Shown: positions 23,163 to 33,864, counted from the first letter of the stretch. The stretch: DNA of 64,000 bases from an uncultured delta proteobacterium (GCA_963724765.1 CAVRVY010000004.1:352001-416000); one strand, 5' to 3'. Notes: generated by a model not told the origin, from the letters alone. A program made the numbers and translations.

Positions 23163-24116
23163 TCAGTACTCGGGCTTGAAGTCGAAGTGATGGTACGCCT
23201 CGATGTAGCGTATCGTGCGGGTCTTCGAGCGCATCATCACGCTGTTGGTCCGCGCGCCGCCCGAGATAAATCGCACCCCGAAAAGATAGTCGCCGGTCGT
23301 CACCCCGGTCGCGGCGAACATCACGTTGTCGCCGGCCAGTTCCTCCAGCGGAAAGCGCCGTTTGAGGTCCAGGATGCCGCAGCTCAGGCAGGCTTCGGCC
23401 TCCTGCTGGTTGCGCGGCGCGAAGCGCGCCTGCATCTCGCCGCCCGCCGAACGGATCGCCGCCGCCGCCAGCACGCCCTGATGCGCCCCGCCGGTGCCGA
23501 TCAGCAGATCGATCTCGCTCTCGTGGCGCGTAGTGGCCACGGCCGCGGCCAGGTCGCCGGCTGAGAGCAGCTTGATTCCGGCGCCGGCGCGCCGTACCTC
23601 GGCGATCAGATTCTCATGACGCGGACGGTCGAGGATCGCGACCCGCAAGTCTTCGACGTAAACACTCTTGGCCTCGGCCAGGGCCTTCAGGTTATCGGTC
23701 GGCGAGCGGTCGATATCGATCACGCCGCGGCCGAGCGGACCGCAGGCGATTTTGTCCATGTAAGTATCGGGGCAGTTGAGCACTTTGCCCCGCTCGGCGA
23801 GCGCGATGCACGAGAGCGCATTGGGGCCGCCCGACGCTGCGATGTGTGGTCCTTCAAGCGCGTCGAGCGCGACATCGACCTCCGGGCCCGCGCCGGTGCC
23901 GACGATCTCGCCAATGTAAAGCTGGTCGGTCGAGCCTTGCTCGCCTTCGCCGATTACGATTTTGCCGTCGAAGGCGATCGAATTGAGCGCCTTGCGCATC
24001 GCGTCGCAGGCGGCGCGGTCGGCCGCCCGTTCGTCACCCCTACCGATAAAGCGCGCCACGGCCAGGGCCGCCGCTTCAGTGGCGCGAACAACTTCCAGGG
24101 CGAGATTTCGCTCCAT
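23163..24116 (-). CDS. glpX: Class II fructose-1,6-bisphosphatase family protein with divergent active site
   Basis: MERNLALEVVRATEAAALA, VIGEGE, YMDK, LDRPRH, FAATGVTTG; catalytic motifs altered (see findings). Confidence 0.9.
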   Translation of the reverse strand: MERNLALEVVRATEAAALAVARFIGRGDERAADRAACDAMRKALNSIAFDGKIVIGEGEQGSTDQLYIGEIVGTGAGPEVDVALDALEGPHIAASGGPNALSCIALAERGKVLNCPDTYMDKIACGPLGRGVIDIDRSPTDNLKALAEAKSVYVEDLRVAILDRPRHENLIAEVRRAGAGIKLLSAGDLAAAVATTRHESEIDLLIGTGGAHQGVLAAAAIRSAGGEMQARFAPRNQQEAEACLSCGILDLKRRFPLEELAGDNVMFAATGVTTGDYLFGVRFISGGARTNSVMMRSKTRTIRYIEAYHHFDFKPEY

Positions 24117-24159
24117 CGTCGGGCGGGCCTCCCTTCAGCCAGCATCGGCACCCGAACCG

Positions 24160-25362
24160 CTAGCGTGTCCCGAGCAGCGATTCGATTAGCCGATAACCAT
24201 CCATCACCGACACGCCAGTGCGGGCGGCCTCGGCTTCGGTGTAGCGCCGCGCGCTAGCGCCTGCGCGTGCCGCGCCGAGCATAGCAAAGGGTACCGGCTC
24301 ATTCGAGTGCGTTTTCAATTTGCACGGCGTCGCATGGTCGGGCATCAGCAAGAGGCGAAAGTCGCCGAGCGCCGGCAAGTCGCGCAACAGCGGACCGATG
24401 ATCAATTCGTCGATCCGTTCGATCGCCTCGCGCTTAAGGTCCGCACGCCCCATGTGACCCGCTTCGTCGGGCGCCTCGATATGCAGCAGCAGGAAGTCGC
24501 GACGCTCGAGCGACTTGAGCCCGTAACGCGCCTTGGCCGCGTAGTCCGTGTCGAGGAAGCCCGTCGCGCCGGGCACCGTTATCCGCTCCAGGCCCGCGAG
24601 CCTTCCCAATCCGTTGACCAGGTCAACCGCCGAGATGACCGAGCCGTCGACGCCGAAGCGATCCTTCAGCGTTGGGACCGCGGGACGCCTGCCCTGTCCC
24701 CAAAACCACACGGAGGTTGCGGCCGGCTTGCCTGCCGCGGTCCGCGCGCGGTTGACCGGATGCTCGCGCAGAATCACCGCCGCGCGATCCATGATCGTGC
24801 GCAGCCGCTCAGCGCCTTCGCCTTGCGGCAGATGCGGTCCGGCCGGCTTGCCGGTGATGTCGTGCGGGGGTGTCAGATGCGTCGCGAGTGGCCCGCCGTG
24901 CCAGACCATCAGATGGCGATAGCTGACGCCGTTATGGAATTCGATTCCGTCGCCCGCGAGCTGCGATCGCAGGTCGGCGACGATCGCCCCCGCTTCCTCG
25001 GTCGTGATATGGCCCGACGTAAAGTCGTCCATCAGCGGCGCGCCGTCCGCGCCCGGCTTGAGCGAGACCAGGTTCATCCGGAACACCACGTCGTCGGGCG
25101 CAAGCTCGATTCCCTGGCTCGCCGCCTCGATCGGCGCGCGTCCGGTGTGATAGCGCGCCGGGTCATAACCGAGCATCGTCATCGTGCCAACGTCGCTGCC
25201 CGAGGGCATTCCGGCCGGGATAGTGGCAACCAATCCGAGCTCGCCGCGGGTCGCGAGCAGGTCCATGTTGGGCTTGTTGGCCGCTTCCAGCGGAGTCTTG
25301 CCGCCGAGTTCGTCGCACGGCCAGTCCGCCATCCCGTCGCCGTGGATGATGATGTATTTCAT
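24160..25362 (-). CDS. apgM: Cofactor-independent phosphoglycerate mutase, ApgM family (proposed homoserine kinase subfamily)
   Basis: GDGMAD, GKTPLEAA, PSGSDVG, HIEAPDEAGH, MPDHATP, THSNEPVP. Confidence 0.9.
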   Translation of the reverse strand: MKYIIIHGDGMADWPCDELGGKTPLEAANKPNMDLLATRGELGLVATIPAGMPSGSDVGTMTMLGYDPARYHTGRAPIEAASQGIELAPDDVVFRMNLVSLKPGADGAPLMDDFTSGHITTEEAGAIVADLRSQLAGDGIEFHNGVSYRHLMVWHGGPLATHLTPPHDITGKPAGPHLPQGEGAERLRTIMDRAAVILREHPVNRARTAAGKPAATSVWFWGQGRRPAVPTLKDRFGVDGSVISAVDLVNGLGRLAGLERITVPGATGFLDTDYAAKARYGLKSLERRDFLLLHIEAPDEAGHMGRADLKREAIERIDELIIGPLLRDLPALGDFRLLLMPDHATPCKLKTHSNEPVPFAMLGAARAGASARRYTEAEAARTGVSVMDGYRLIESLLGTR

Positions 25363-25372
25363 TTTTTCACCG

Positions 25373-26476
25373 TCACCCGCCCTGCAAAATTTTCAGCACC
25401 TTGCCAACGTCGGGCTCGACCACGATCGTGTTGCTGAGGTTCTTGAGCGCCGTGTCAGGGTCTTTGAGCCCGTGGCCGGTGAGCGTGCACACGACCACCG
25501 AGCCCGGCAGCAGGCCGCCGGTCGCAGCGTACTTGAGCGCGCCCGCCACCGAAGCTGCGGACGCCGGCTCGGCGAAAACTCCCAGCGCCGCGATCAACCG
25601 GTAGGCGGCGAGAATCTCCGCGTCGGTTACGAGGTCGATTATCCCGCCCGACTGGTCGCGCGCGGCCTCGGCGCCTTTCCAGCTAGCCGGATTGCCGATT
25701 TTGATCGCGGTCGCCACCGTATGCGGATCGTCGATCGGATAGCCGAGGACGATCGGCGCCGACTCGGCCGCCTGGTAGCCCATCATCTTCGGCAATCGCG
25801 CCGAGAGCCCGTTGCTCTTATATTCCTTGTAGCCGGCCCAGTAGGCGGTGATGTTGCCCGCGTTGCCGACCGGCAAAAACTGATGCGTCGGCGCGTCGCC
25901 GAGCTGATCGCAGACCTCGAATGCCGCGGTCTTCTGGCCGGCGATACGGTCCGGGTTGATGCTGTTGACCAGGCGGATTCCCACCGGATCGCTCTCCGCC
26001 ACGTCGCGCACCACCTTCAAGCAAATGTCGAAGTTTCCAATTATCTCGATCACGCCCGCGCCATGCATCACGCTCTGCGAGAGCTTGCCCAGCGCCACCG
26101 CGCCCTTGGGAATCAGCACGAACGCACGCATCCCGGCGCGCCCCGCATAGGCGGCGGCAGAGGCTGCGGTGTTGCCGGTCGAGGCGCAGATCGCGATACG
26201 CGCGCCCTCGCCGAGCGCTTTGCTCATCGCGACGGTCATCCCGCGGTCCTTGAACGAGCCGGTCGGGTTGGCGCCCTCAAACTTCAAGTAACACTTTACA
26301 TCGTGGCCGAGCCGCGAGGCGATCTCAGGGCTCTCGATAAGCGGCGTATTGCCCTCGTTGAGCGTGACCACCGGCGTTTGCGCGTCGACCGGCAGGAAGC
26401 GGCGGTAATGTTCGATCAGTCCCGGCCATCGCACCAGACGCGCCGGCGCCGAACCGTTTTGTTTTCCACGCGCCAT
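25373..26476 (-). CDS. thrC: Threonine synthase
   Basis: EGNTPL, NPTGSFKDRGM, CASTGNT, PVGNAGNI, LTGHGLKD. Confidence 0.96.
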   Translation of the reverse strand: MARGKQNGSAPARLVRWPGLIEHYRRFLPVDAQTPVVTLNEGNTPLIESPEIASRLGHDVKCYLKFEGANPTGSFKDRGMTVAMSKALGEGARIAICASTGNTAASAAAYAGRAGMRAFVLIPKGAVALGKLSQSVMHGAGVIEIIGNFDICLKVVRDVAESDPVGIRLVNSINPDRIAGQKTAAFEVCDQLGDAPTHQFLPVGNAGNITAYWAGYKEYKSNGLSARLPKMMGYQAAESAPIVLGYPIDDPHTVATAIKIGNPASWKGAEAARDQSGGIIDLVTDAEILAAYRLIAALGVFAEPASAASVAGALKYAATGGLLPGSVVVCTLTGHGLKDPDTALKNLSNTIVVEPDVGKVLKILQGG

Positions 26477-26480
26477 CGTG

Positions 26481-27809
26481 TTACAGCCGTTCCTCGATTC
26501 GGATGAAGGCCGGAGTGCCGCTCACCGTATGGAAGCGTTTGATCTGCGCGAGCGCGCGCTTGAGGTTGCGCTCGTGCGCTTCGTGCGTGCGCATGATAAC
26601 CGGCACCGTGCCCTCCATGCCGCGCCCCTGTTGGATCACGGACGCGATCGATATTCCGTTGCGCCCGAGCACCGAGGCGATCGCACCCAGCACGCCCGGC
26701 TTATCGCGCGCCTCGAAACGCAGGTAGTATTCGCATAGCACGTCGTCCATCGGCTTGACACGGGCTCGCGTCATCGAGGCCATCGGGTAGCCCAGCGCAT
26801 GGCCGCGCGCGCCTGCGCCGGCGCTTCGCGTCCGCGCAATTTCGAGCACGTCGGCCATCACGGCGGTCGCCGTCGGCATTTGTCCCGCCCCCAGTCCGAA
26901 ATACATCGTCGAGCCCAGCGCTTCGCCGTGGATGTAAATAGCGTTGAACGCGCCACCTACGCCGGCCAGCAGATGGCGCGTCGGAATCATCGTGGGATGC
27001 ACGCGGGCTTCGATCACGCCCTCGTCCTCCTTCGCGATCGCGAGCAGCTTGATCGTAAAGCCAAGCTCACGCGCGTAGGCGATATCGGCCTGCGTGATAC
27101 GGCCGATGCCTTCGGTGTAGACCTGCGGCGGCTTGAGCAGCGCTCCGAAGGCCAGCGTCACCAGCAGGCATAGCTTGTGCGCGGCGTCATGGCCTTCGAT
27201 ATCGAGCGCGGGATTGGCCTCCGCCAGGCCCGTGCGCTGAGCTTCGGCGAGCGCCTCGGAAAATTCGGCACCCTGCTCGGTCATCATAGTAAGGATGGAG
27301 TTGCACGTCCCGTTGACGATTCCGTAGACGGCGCGCTGGCGGTCGCCGGCCAGCGCTTCCCGTAACGTGCGGATGATCGGCACGCCGCCGCCGACGCTCG
27401 CCTCGAAGCCGATCGCCATCCCGGCCTTGGCCGCGGCCGCGAAAATGCGCTCGCCATGTTCCGCCAGCAGCGCCTTGTTGGCGGTGACGACGTCTTTGCC
27501 CGCGTCGAGCGCCTTCAGGATGAGCGCGCGGGCGGGCTCGATTCCGCCGAACAGCTCGACCACAATATCGACGTCCGGGCGCACGACCAGCGCGGCGGCG
27601 TCGCGCGTGATGAGTTTCGCGGTGAGCCCCAGGGCAGGAATGGGTCTGAGACTGCGATCGGCGACGCCGGCGAGTTCAAGCGGAGCGCCAAGCTTGCGCT
27701 CGTGCAGCGCGGCGTTGCGCCGCATCAGCTTGACCACGCCCTCGCCCACCGTGCCGCATCCGAGCAGGGCTACCCGTACCGGTTTCAACGGTGCACCAAG
27801 TCGCGCCAA
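26481..27809 (-). CDS. hom: Homoserine dehydrogenase with C-terminal ACT domain
   Basis: LGCGTVG, VTANKA, FEASVGGGVP, GIVNGTCN, DKPGVLG. Confidence 0.96.
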   Translation of the reverse strand: MARLGAPLKPVRVALLGCGTVGEGVVKLMRRNAALHERKLGAPLELAGVADRSLRPIPALGLTAKLITRDAAALVVRPDVDIVVELFGGIEPARALILKALDAGKDVVTANKALLAEHGERIFAAAAKAGMAIGFEASVGGGVPIIRTLREALAGDRQRAVYGIVNGTCNSILTMMTEQGAEFSEALAEAQRTGLAEANPALDIEGHDAAHKLCLLVTLAFGALLKPPQVYTEGIGRITQADIAYARELGFTIKLLAIAKEDEGVIEARVHPTMIPTRHLLAGVGGAFNAIYIHGEALGSTMYFGLGAGQMPTATAVMADVLEIARTRSAGAGARGHALGYPMASMTRARVKPMDDVLCEYYLRFEARDKPGVLGAIASVLGRNGISIASVIQQGRGMEGTVPVIMRTHEAHERNLKRALAQIKRFHTVSGTPAFIRIEERL

Positions 27810-27821
27810 TCGGGGTGCGCT

Positions 27822-29033
27822 CTAGGAGCCCGCGGCCGCGACGCGCGGACGCATCCCGGCCGGCGTCATGCGCAAGGCATGACGGATTCCGCGAATCGCC
27901 TGACGGGTGCGATGCTCGTTCTCGATGAGCGCGAAGCGCACGAAGCCGTCGCCGTCGGCGCCGAAGCCTACTCCGGGCGACACCGCGACCTTGGCCTCGG
28001 CGAGCAGGAACTTGGCGAACTCGAGCGAGCCCATCTCGCGAAACTGCTCGGGGATCGGCGCCCACACAAACATCGTGGCGCGGGGCTTTTCGACCGGCCA
28101 TCCAGCGCGGTTGAGCCCGTCGACCAGCGCGTCGCGCCGGCCGCGATAGAGTTCCGCGATCTCGCCCACGCACTCCTGTGGCCCGTTAAGAGCAGCGATC
28201 GCCGCGACCTGCACCGGCGCGAACATCCCGTAATCGAAATACGATTTGAGCCTGCCGAGCGCCGCGATCATCTCGCGGTTGCCCACCGCGAAGCCCACAC
28301 GCCATCCCGGCATGTTGTAGCTCTTGGAGAGCGTGAAAAATTCGACCCCGACCTCGCGCGCTCCGGCCACCTGCATCATCGAGGGCGCCCGGTAACCGTC
28401 GAAGCAGAGGTCCGCGTATGCGAAGTCATGGACGACCAGGATTTCATTCTCGCGCGCGAACTCCACCACTCGCTTCATAAAAGCGAGGTCGACGGTCGCC
28501 GTGGTCGGGTTATGCGGGAAGTTCATCACCAGCAGCTTGGGCCGCGGCCAGCATCGGTTAACCGTCGCCATCAGGGCGTCGAAAAAATCCTCGCCGCGGC
28601 TGATCGGCACGCCCTGCACCTGCGCGCCCGCGATTATGCATCCGTACTGATGAATCGGATAGGTCGGAGTAGGCGCGAGCACCACGTCGCCCTGGTCGAG
28701 GATCGCGAGCGCCAGATGCGCGATACCCTCCTTGGAGCCGATCGTGACGATCGCTTCAGAGTCGGGATCAAGCTCGACGCCGTAGCGGCGCCGGTACCAA
28801 TCGGTGATCGCGAGGCGCAGCTTGTAGACTCCGCGCGAGACCGAGTAGCGATGGTTCGGCGGCTTGGTCGCGGCCTCGACCAGCTTGGCCACGATATGCG
28901 CAGGCGTAGCCGCGTCGGGATTGCCCATGCCGAAGTCGATGATGTCCTCGCCCTCGCGCCGGGCCTTCAGACACAGTTCGCCAATCGCGTTGAAGACGTA
29001 AGGTGGCAGCCGCTTTATTCTGGGGAAATCCAT
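27822..29033 (-). CDS. alaC: Class I/II PLP aminotransferase, AlaC-like
   Basis: [47 protein letters not shown]. Confidence 0.85.
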   Translation of the reverse strand: MDFPRIKRLPPYVFNAIGELCLKARREGEDIIDFGMGNPDAATPAHIVAKLVEAATKPPNHRYSVSRGVYKLRLAITDWYRRRYGVELDPDSEAIVTIGSKEGIAHLALAILDQGDVVLAPTPTYPIHQYGCIIAGAQVQGVPISRGEDFFDALMATVNRCWPRPKLLVMNFPHNPTTATVDLAFMKRVVEFARENEILVVHDFAYADLCFDGYRAPSMMQVAGAREVGVEFFTLSKSYNMPGWRVGFAVGNREMIAALGRLKSYFDYGMFAPVQVAAIAALNGPQECVGEIAELYRGRRDALVDGLNRAGWPVEKPRATMFVWAPIPEQFREMGSLEFAKFLLAEAKVAVSPGVGFGADGDGFVRFALIENEHRTRQAIRGIRHALRMTPAGMRPRVAAAGS

Positions 29034-29137
29034 TGTGCCATGCGATTTTGCGGGCGCGTTCCGCCGCGCCCGTGAGCCTTATTTTGTAACCGACGGCGCG
29101 CCCCGCCGCTAGTGGCCTCCGCCGCGCGCCAAATACG

Positions 29138-30115
29138 CTAGCGGCCGAGCGCTTCCCAGTTGACGCAGTTGAACGGAGCCTGCCCTGCTAGGATACGGAC
29201 GATGTTTGCGGCGACGCCGCGCGCGATGCCGCGATACGAAACGTCGGTGACCCCGGCGATATGCGAGGTTGCAACAACGTCTTGGCGGCCGAGCAGTGGA
29301 GAAGCTGGATCGAGCGGTTCCTGCTCGAACACGTCCAGGCCAGCGCCCATCAGACGCCCCTCGGCAAGCGCGTGCAGCATCGCCTGATGGCTCAGCAGGC
29401 CACCGCGCGCGGCGTTGATGATGCAGGCCTGCGCCGGGAGCATCGCGAGCGCGGCCTCGTCGATAATCTGGCGAGTCTGCTCGCTGAGCGGCACGCAAAG
29501 AAATAGATAGTCGCTGCGGCGCAATAATTCCGGCAGCCGCTCCGGCCCGCCCACCCATTCCATTCCCAGGCGCTCCGCAAGCGCCGGCTCGGGACGGCGC
29601 TGCAGGCCAATCAATCGCATCCCGAACGGACGCAGCCGCGCCGCGAGCGCCTGCCCGATACCGCCCAGGCCGATGATTCCCGCGGTGCGGCCCATCAGCG
29701 CCCGCCCAAGCGGCGTGCCCCAGGTTCCTCCGGCGCGGATATTCTCTTGCGCGAGCGGGAGCCGTCGACTGATCGCGATCGCCGCCATCACGCACCACTC
29801 CGCGACCGACTCCGCATTCCCAGTGCCCGGCGTGGGCACGTTGGCGACGGCAATTTTGCGTTCCGTGGCCGCCGCGATATCGACGCCCTCGAGGCCGGCA
29901 CCCCATTGCTGGACGAGGCGCAAACCCTCGATACGATCCATCAGCGCGCCGTCGATACGCGACATCGCCGGCAGCATCACGTCCGCGGCGTGGCCCTTCG
30001 CGCGCAGCGTCGCCACCTCGACCTGGTCGAGCTGCGCGCCGGGCAACGCCTCGACGAGGAACTGGCGCACCGCGGCGAATCCGGTTCCAGCCATGACTAC
30101 TCTGGGCGAAGGCAT
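29138..30115 (-). CDS. D-2-hydroxyacid dehydrogenase family protein
   Basis: GLGGIG, INAARG, DVFEQEP, SHIAG. Confidence 0.9.
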   Translation of the reverse strand: MPSPRVVMAGTGFAAVRQFLVEALPGAQLDQVEVATLRAKGHAADVMLPAMSRIDGALMDRIEGLRLVQQWGAGLEGVDIAAATERKIAVANVPTPGTGNAESVAEWCVMAAIAISRRLPLAQENIRAGGTWGTPLGRALMGRTAGIIGLGGIGQALAARLRPFGMRLIGLQRRPEPALAERLGMEWVGGPERLPELLRRSDYLFLCVPLSEQTRQIIDEAALAMLPAQACIINAARGGLLSHQAMLHALAEGRLMGAGLDVFEQEPLDPASPLLGRQDVVATSHIAGVTDVSYRGIARGVAANIVRILAGQAPFNCVNWEALGR

Positions 30116-30207
30116 AGAGATTTCCTGGTTCGACGCCTCGAATCCGCTACATTTGAACCTTAGAGGGCGCGCGGCTGCAAGCGCATCGCGAATGTGCGCG
30201 TCACGGT

Positions 30208-31521
30208 CTATGAAACCGCAGGTGCGGCCGCCAGCGGCGCGCTCACATGGCGAATCGCCCAGAAGCAGGGCGCTGCGGCGAGCAGGATCAGCGCACCCAT
30301 CTCCCACGCCGCGGGGATTCCGAAAACGTCGGCCACGCGGCCGGCGGCGAGCAATCCGAGCGACCCGCCCATGGTTGAAAAGGTACTGTTGAAGCTCAGC
30401 AGCGTCGCGCGATCGTCGGCCTCGACATGTTCATTGAACCAGCTCTGGGTGAGCGGCTGCATCGCACCCGCGCAGAGGTTCATCACGAACAGGCTGATCA
30501 GCGCGACGGTCGGCCGATGAGCCATCGCGCCACCCACGAACAGCAGCGCGCTCGCGCCGGCGACGATCGCGGCGAGCCGCGCGCCACGGTCTCGCGCCTC
30601 GGTCCCGATGCGCACCACGGCCTCGGCGCCGATCATCCGCGCGACCGTGAACAGGCAGTAGAGGCATCCGACGATCCAGATTCCGACCCCGTAGCGGTCG
30701 TTGAAAAGCTGCGGCCATTCCAGCCAATACGGGGCCCAAGCCGCGAACGTCAGCGCACTCGTGCTGCTGAGCATCAGCACCGTGCGGCTGCGAAAACCCT
30801 GGCGCAGACCGGTCACAACGCGCGCCGCCACCTGCGCGAACAGGCCGCCGAGCTTAATTCGCATCGCGCCGGCGCGATACGCTCGCTCGTGATGATCCTC
30901 GCGCATCAGGTAGATCGCGGCCACGCCGGCCAGCGAGTAACCGGCCGCGCCCAGCATCCACGGCAGCGCGATATTGAAGTCAGCAACGTAGGCGCCGATT
31001 ATCGCGGCGCCCATGAAGCCAAAGTTGGTCAGTTGCGAGATGCGCGAGAAGAGCCGGTCCTTGATCCCGGCGAAGCCGGCCGCGTCCAGCGCATCGACGC
31101 CCCACGCGTCGATCGCGCCGTTGCACAGCGTGGTGCCAATGCCGTCGATACCCTCCGCGACCACGAACAGCAGGAAATGATGCGCGAAGAAATAGACCGT
31201 GAAGGCGGTGACGCGCGTCGCGCAGCCCAAGACGAACGAGCGCCGGCGGCCCATCGCGTCGGCGAAGGCGCCGGTCGGCACGTCGGTCAGGAACATTACG
31301 ACGAAGTAGCATGCCAGCACGCTGTTGATCTCGAACTGGTCGAGTCCGCGCGAACGCAGAAAGAGCGGATAGACGCCGTACAGAAAGCCGCCCGCGAACG
31401 CGTACCCCCACCACATCGCGTAGTAGCGCCGCGTGATGTCGCGCAGCGCCGCGCCGTTTCCGTCGCTTCCGTTCATGACGGGCGCCGGCGCGTCCTCGCC
31501 GTTTCTTTCCCCGGCTGACAT
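30208..31521 (-). CDS. MFS transporter
   Basis: DVPTGAFADAMGRRRS motif A; 12 TM pattern. Confidence 0.88.
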   Translation of the reverse strand: MSAGERNGEDAPAPVMNGSDGNGAALRDITRRYYAMWWGYAFAGGFLYGVYPLFLRSRGLDQFEINSVLACYFVVMFLTDVPTGAFADAMGRRRSFVLGCATRVTAFTVYFFAHHFLLFVVAEGIDGIGTTLCNGAIDAWGVDALDAAGFAGIKDRLFSRISQLTNFGFMGAAIIGAYVADFNIALPWMLGAAGYSLAGVAAIYLMREDHHERAYRAGAMRIKLGGLFAQVAARVVTGLRQGFRSRTVLMLSSTSALTFAAWAPYWLEWPQLFNDRYGVGIWIVGCLYCLFTVARMIGAEAVVRIGTEARDRGARLAAIVAGASALLFVGGAMAHRPTVALISLFVMNLCAGAMQPLTQSWFNEHVEADDRATLLSFNSTFSTMGGSLGLLAAGRVADVFGIPAAWEMGALILLAAAPCFWAIRHVSAPLAAAPAVS

Positions 31522-31621
31522 CCTTTACACTCTTGCTCTACACTCTTGGGGGGCTCCCGACCTGCGGAGCAATCGGCCATCCGGAAGTTGCCGCGTGAAT
31601 CGACCAGTTTACGCCGACGAA

Positions 31622-33004
31622 ATGCGAATACCTACACCTAAGCCAGAGGCGGGGCGGCGCGTGCGCGCATCTGAGCCCGAGCCGGGCCGGCTAGTGCGCG
31701 GCTGGCGCTTCGTCAGCGTCGCCTGGGTCGCGGCGAATATCTATACGGGCTACAAATCCATCCAGGTCTGGTCGCGGATCGTGGGCGATGCTCACAAGGA
31801 GGAGCGCTATCGGCGCCAGGACGCCCGCGCTGCGCGCCTGCTCTACCGTTCGGCGGTGCGACTGCAGGGGATGCTCATCAAGGCCTGCCAGTTCATCGCC
31901 ACGCGCGCCGACGTTCTGCCCGACGCATGGGTCAGCACGCTTTCCGGCCTGCACGACCGCGTGCCGCCGCGCCCCTTCGCGGTGATCCGCGAGCGCGTCG
32001 AGCGCGAACTCGGCCGCCCGCTCGACGAAGTCTTCGCCGAATTCGATCCCGAGCCGCTCGCCTCAGCCTCGCTCGCACAGGTTCATGCCGCGCGCCTGCA
32101 CGACGGCCGGCGATGCGCGGTCAAGATCCAATATCCCGGCATCGAGGGCATCGTGCGCGCCGATCTCCACAACCTCGCGGTCATCCTGCGCGTGCTGGCG
32201 TGGCTCGAGCACGACTTCGACTTCCGCGTCCTGATGCGCGAGGCGTTCAAGTACATCCCGATGGAGCTTGACTTCGAGCACGAAGCCGACAACTGCGAAA
32301 CCATCGCGCGCAACCTGGCCGCTCGCGCCGACGTCGTGGTGCCGCGCGTCTATCGCGAGTTCAGCACGCGGCGCGTGCTCGTGATGGAACTAATCGAAGG
32401 GATAAAGATAACCGACGTCGCAGCGCTGGAGCGGGCTGGAATCGACAAACACGCGGTGGCGCAGAAGCTGATGGAGGTGTTCTGCGAGCAGGTGCTGCGC
32501 GACGGTTTCTTTCACGCCGACCCGCATCCGGGCAACGTGATGGTGCAGCCGGGTCCGCGCCTGGTGCTGCTCGACTTCGGTCTGGCCAAGGATTTTCCGC
32601 CGCGCTTTCGCGAGGGCATCGTGCGGCTGACGTTTTCGATCCTGACCGCGGATAACAAGGGCATCGCCGCGGCCTTCGAGCAGCTCGGCTTTCGCACCCG
32701 CGACGGCTCGCCCGAGACCCTGATAACCCTGGCCAACCTGCTGCTCGGCAATACGGTGCGGCGCGGGCGCGCTTACGCCGACAAGCAACTGATCGAGGAA
32801 TTTTCCGAAGAGCTGCCGCGCGCGCTCAGGATCAATCCGATCGTCGAGGTTCCTGCCGACGTGCTGCTGGTGACGCGCGTGATGGGCTTGCTGAGTGGAC
32901 TCGGCAAGACGCTCGATTCGCGCGTCGATCTGTTCGCGACCATCATGCCTTACGCGCAGCGCCTGCTCGCGCCCGCGGCCGGCGACGCGAACGCCGCCGA
33001 CTGA
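31622..33004 (+). CDS. ABC1/UbiB (AarF) atypical kinase
   Basis: IKACQ, LASASLAQVHAA, AVKIQYPG, HADPHPGN, LLDFG. Confidence 0.92.
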   Translation: MRIPTPKPEAGRRVRASEPEPGRLVRGWRFVSVAWVAANIYTGYKSIQVWSRIVGDAHKEERYRRQDARAARLLYRSAVRLQGMLIKACQFIATRADVLPDAWVSTLSGLHDRVPPRPFAVIRERVERELGRPLDEVFAEFDPEPLASASLAQVHAARLHDGRRCAVKIQYPGIEGIVRADLHNLAVILRVLAWLEHDFDFRVLMREAFKYIPMELDFEHEADNCETIARNLAARADVVVPRVYREFSTRRVLVMELIEGIKITDVAALERAGIDKHAVAQKLMEVFCEQVLRDGFFHADPHPGNVMVQPGPRLVLLDFGLAKDFPPRFREGIVRLTFSILTADNKGIAAAFEQLGFRTRDGSPETLITLANLLLGNTVRRGRAYADKQLIEEFSEELPRALRINPIVEVPADVLLVTRVMGLLSGLGKTLDSRVDLFATIMPYAQRLLAPAAGDANAAD

Positions 33005-33174
33005 CGCGCTCGTCGCGCCGCGTATGGGTTCGCTCGTCGCGTGCGTTCGTTCGTCGCGGCATCGTCTTGCGGGGCCGCCTTCCGCTCAAGCGCAGCTTCG
33101 AACGAGCAGACCACGCGGGCGAGGCACCAGCCGCGGTGCCCCGCCCGATAGCGCGAAGCGGCCAGCCGTCAGGG

Positions 33175-33498
33175 CTAGTTTGGAATGCTGTCGAGTTGTT
33201 GCTCGACCTGGTCGAGATTGGCCGCGGCCTCGCGGTAGTCGCCGCGTGCGACCTCGCGCTGTGCCTCGACATATTCCGTCTGAGGAAGCGGACGGGAGAA
33301 GTTGGCCAACTTCGCCTCCTGCATGCGTCGCCCGACTTCGGCCAGCCTTGTGCGAACTTCGGGTAGAGTCGTGCTCGCCTGGGCCTGAATCGCGGCTTGC
33401 GGTTGCCTCGGCATCATCTGACTTAGCGCGACGCCCGGCGCCGCTCCGATCAGCAGGACAAATGCTGCAGTGCTCACAATTCTCGAACCTTTCATCAT
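33175..33498 (-). CDS. Small secreted helical hypothetical protein
   Basis: Signal peptide MMKGSRIVSTAAFVLLIGAAPGVALS; GAGGTG RBS; sigma54 site upstream. Confidence 0.7.
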   Translation of the reverse strand: MMKGSRIVSTAAFVLLIGAAPGVALSQMMPRQPQAAIQAQASTTLPEVRTRLAEVGRRMQEAKLANFSRPLPQTEYVEAQREVARGDYREAAANLDQVEQQLDSIPN

Positions 33499-33551
33499 CA
33501 CACCTCGCAAAACAAATTGCTCGTCGATCGTGACGAGACCGCTAGAGAGTG

Positions 33552-33568
33552 AGCGAAGCGCGTGCCAA
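33552..33568 (-). promoter_or_regulatory. Sigma54 (-24/-12) promoter
   Basis: TTGGCACGCGCTTCGCT: GG-N10-GC with TGGCACG core, about 54 bp before the ATG. Confidence 0.65.
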
Positions 33569-33864
33569 GTCCTCAATTTAAGAATTGCTGATGATCGAAA
33601 TAACCTGCTGTGCGACGGACCGCCCGAAAGTGCCGATCATTCAATGGAGATGCGGCATTGCGCACGATTTTGTCGAAGCGGAGCTGACTCGATTCGGCGC
33701 ACACGGGTTTTTTAGCGCATTCGTAGAATGCTTTTGAAAATGGCGAAACCGAGAGTCGCGGCTCGCGGAGGCTGTCTATAGTGATGGCCTTTGTGGATTT
33801 ACGCGCGCGCCGATCTCGCCGCACGCTGGATAAGACGGCTCGCGTCGAATAACGTCCACCCGCG

